Under the pieces are notes generated by a model, which made no database searches, was not told the DNA's origin, and saw only the letters and a program-made list of their open reading frames with translations. Positions 36,602 through 38,816 of a stretch of DNA of 38,816 nt are shown here, piece by piece. The stretch is from Polymyxa betae A26-41. Lineage: Eukaryota > Protista > Endomyxa: Phytomyxea. Every line of letters begins with the position of its first letter. The first letter of the stretch is position 1. The DNA is taken from assembly GCA_003693705.1 (NCBI GenBank), contig RBZT01000318.1, positions 1-38,816 on the forward strand, in the 5' to 3' direction. Made by a program: the position numbers and the translations under genes.

Positions 36602-37283
36602 TTATAATGCTTGGCGGATCAGAGCATTCGAGAACGCCTCGCAATCGGGGGCAGCTTTGCGCAGACCTCCAGGACGAAGCAAACGTCTCTGCTTCCAATT
36701 GAAATGCCCATCACCCGTGCTTAAACAGTCTGTATTGTAATCACCATCGAGACCGTCGCCAAGGAACAGCACCCTGCGATGATCTTCAGACATCAGAAAA
36801 TATATCAGCTGTAATGTTCGCAGCTTGCAGCGAAGCCGTCGTATTGGTAGCCGTGCTGATCCGAGCAGCCGCTCACGAGTATTGAAACAGAGCCCGTCGT
36901 AGCAGCAATCCGTACTGGAAGCGAGCCGGTAATAGCGTTCGCCTAAAACACATTTAGACTCTGCAGAGCCCTTCTCTAAACCCTAACGTGACTGAGAAGG
37001 TGAAGGAGTTGTTGATTTAGAATAGAGAATGATGAGCTGGCCGAGATTGACCAGATAACGCAGCAGGATTTTAGCTTGGGTGTTCTGCAGACCTAACTCT
37101 CGATTCGTTTCAAACGTTCCTGGTTGGCCGAATCGTTGTTTCTTTGGCGACCGTTTTGAAAATGCCGAAACGAGGCTTCGGTGCGAGCATCACCTCTGAC
37201 GACGACTCGGGCGTTGTTTGCAGGATCGAGATGCAATTGTTGTATGGTGTGATGATGTTGTTAAGCAATTGAACTCGGACCAT
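36602..37283 (-). CDS. Hypothetical protein, probably 3 exons, divergent from ATPase C
   Basis: MVRVQLLNN...SSSE joins KQRFGQPG...PSQS and RERYYRLASSTDCCYDG...MSEDHRRVLFLGDG...QAL* through two short GT-AG introns. No family recognised. Confidence 0.35.
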
Positions 37284-37602
37284 GGAATGCTGCGTGTCGG
37301 AAATGTGTCAACGCAGGGACTCTTTAGTATTTATATCGCGTCAAGATGATACGGTCATACTCAGCGACCGAATTCCTGCAGGTTTTAGCCAGACAGTAAG
37401 GCAGCGCCCGATTATTGTAACACTACAACCGATAGCTAAGATCGAATCTAATCGGATGAATCATCAAATGCTATTTGAACGCTACAATCGGCCATCGACT
37501 CGAGCGGATTCAAGTGTTTATCTCTGGGCGAAGATCAAAGATCACAAGTCTTTCCTAAAGAAAGTCGCCCATTGCCTCTAAGGCTGTTTGCTCAGATCAA
37601 CA

Positions 37603-38816
<1,214 letters not shown>

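Overview
Gene-dense eukaryotic DNA with short GT-AG introns (mostly 43-65 nt), so most ORF-track entries are exon fragments; the spliced models below were rebuilt by hand. The compact, effector-rich organisation suggests a parasitic protist such as a plasmodiophorid, but this is only a guess. Left to right: the 3' end of a Tc1/IS630-like DDE transposon, ataxin-10, an intronless processive GT2 polysaccharide synthase, a TPR-ankyrin protein, a putative secreted helical protein, a DDT-WHIM chromatin factor, a second decayed transposon, a myristoylation-motif Ser/Pro-rich protein, EMC4, an HSP20, WDR75/UTP17, a hypothetical gene, HAUS1 and ATE1. These are followed by a 68-aa secreted His/Asp-rich microprotein hidden in three exons, an IMP1/IMP2-like peptidase lacking its catalytic Ser/Lys, and three paralogous P-type IIC (ACU/PAT1-like) cation ATPases. 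Two of the pumps carry PQGL instead of the canonical M4 PEGL. The most notable block is 25.8-38.8 kb. No rRNA, tRNA or CRISPR array was recognised.
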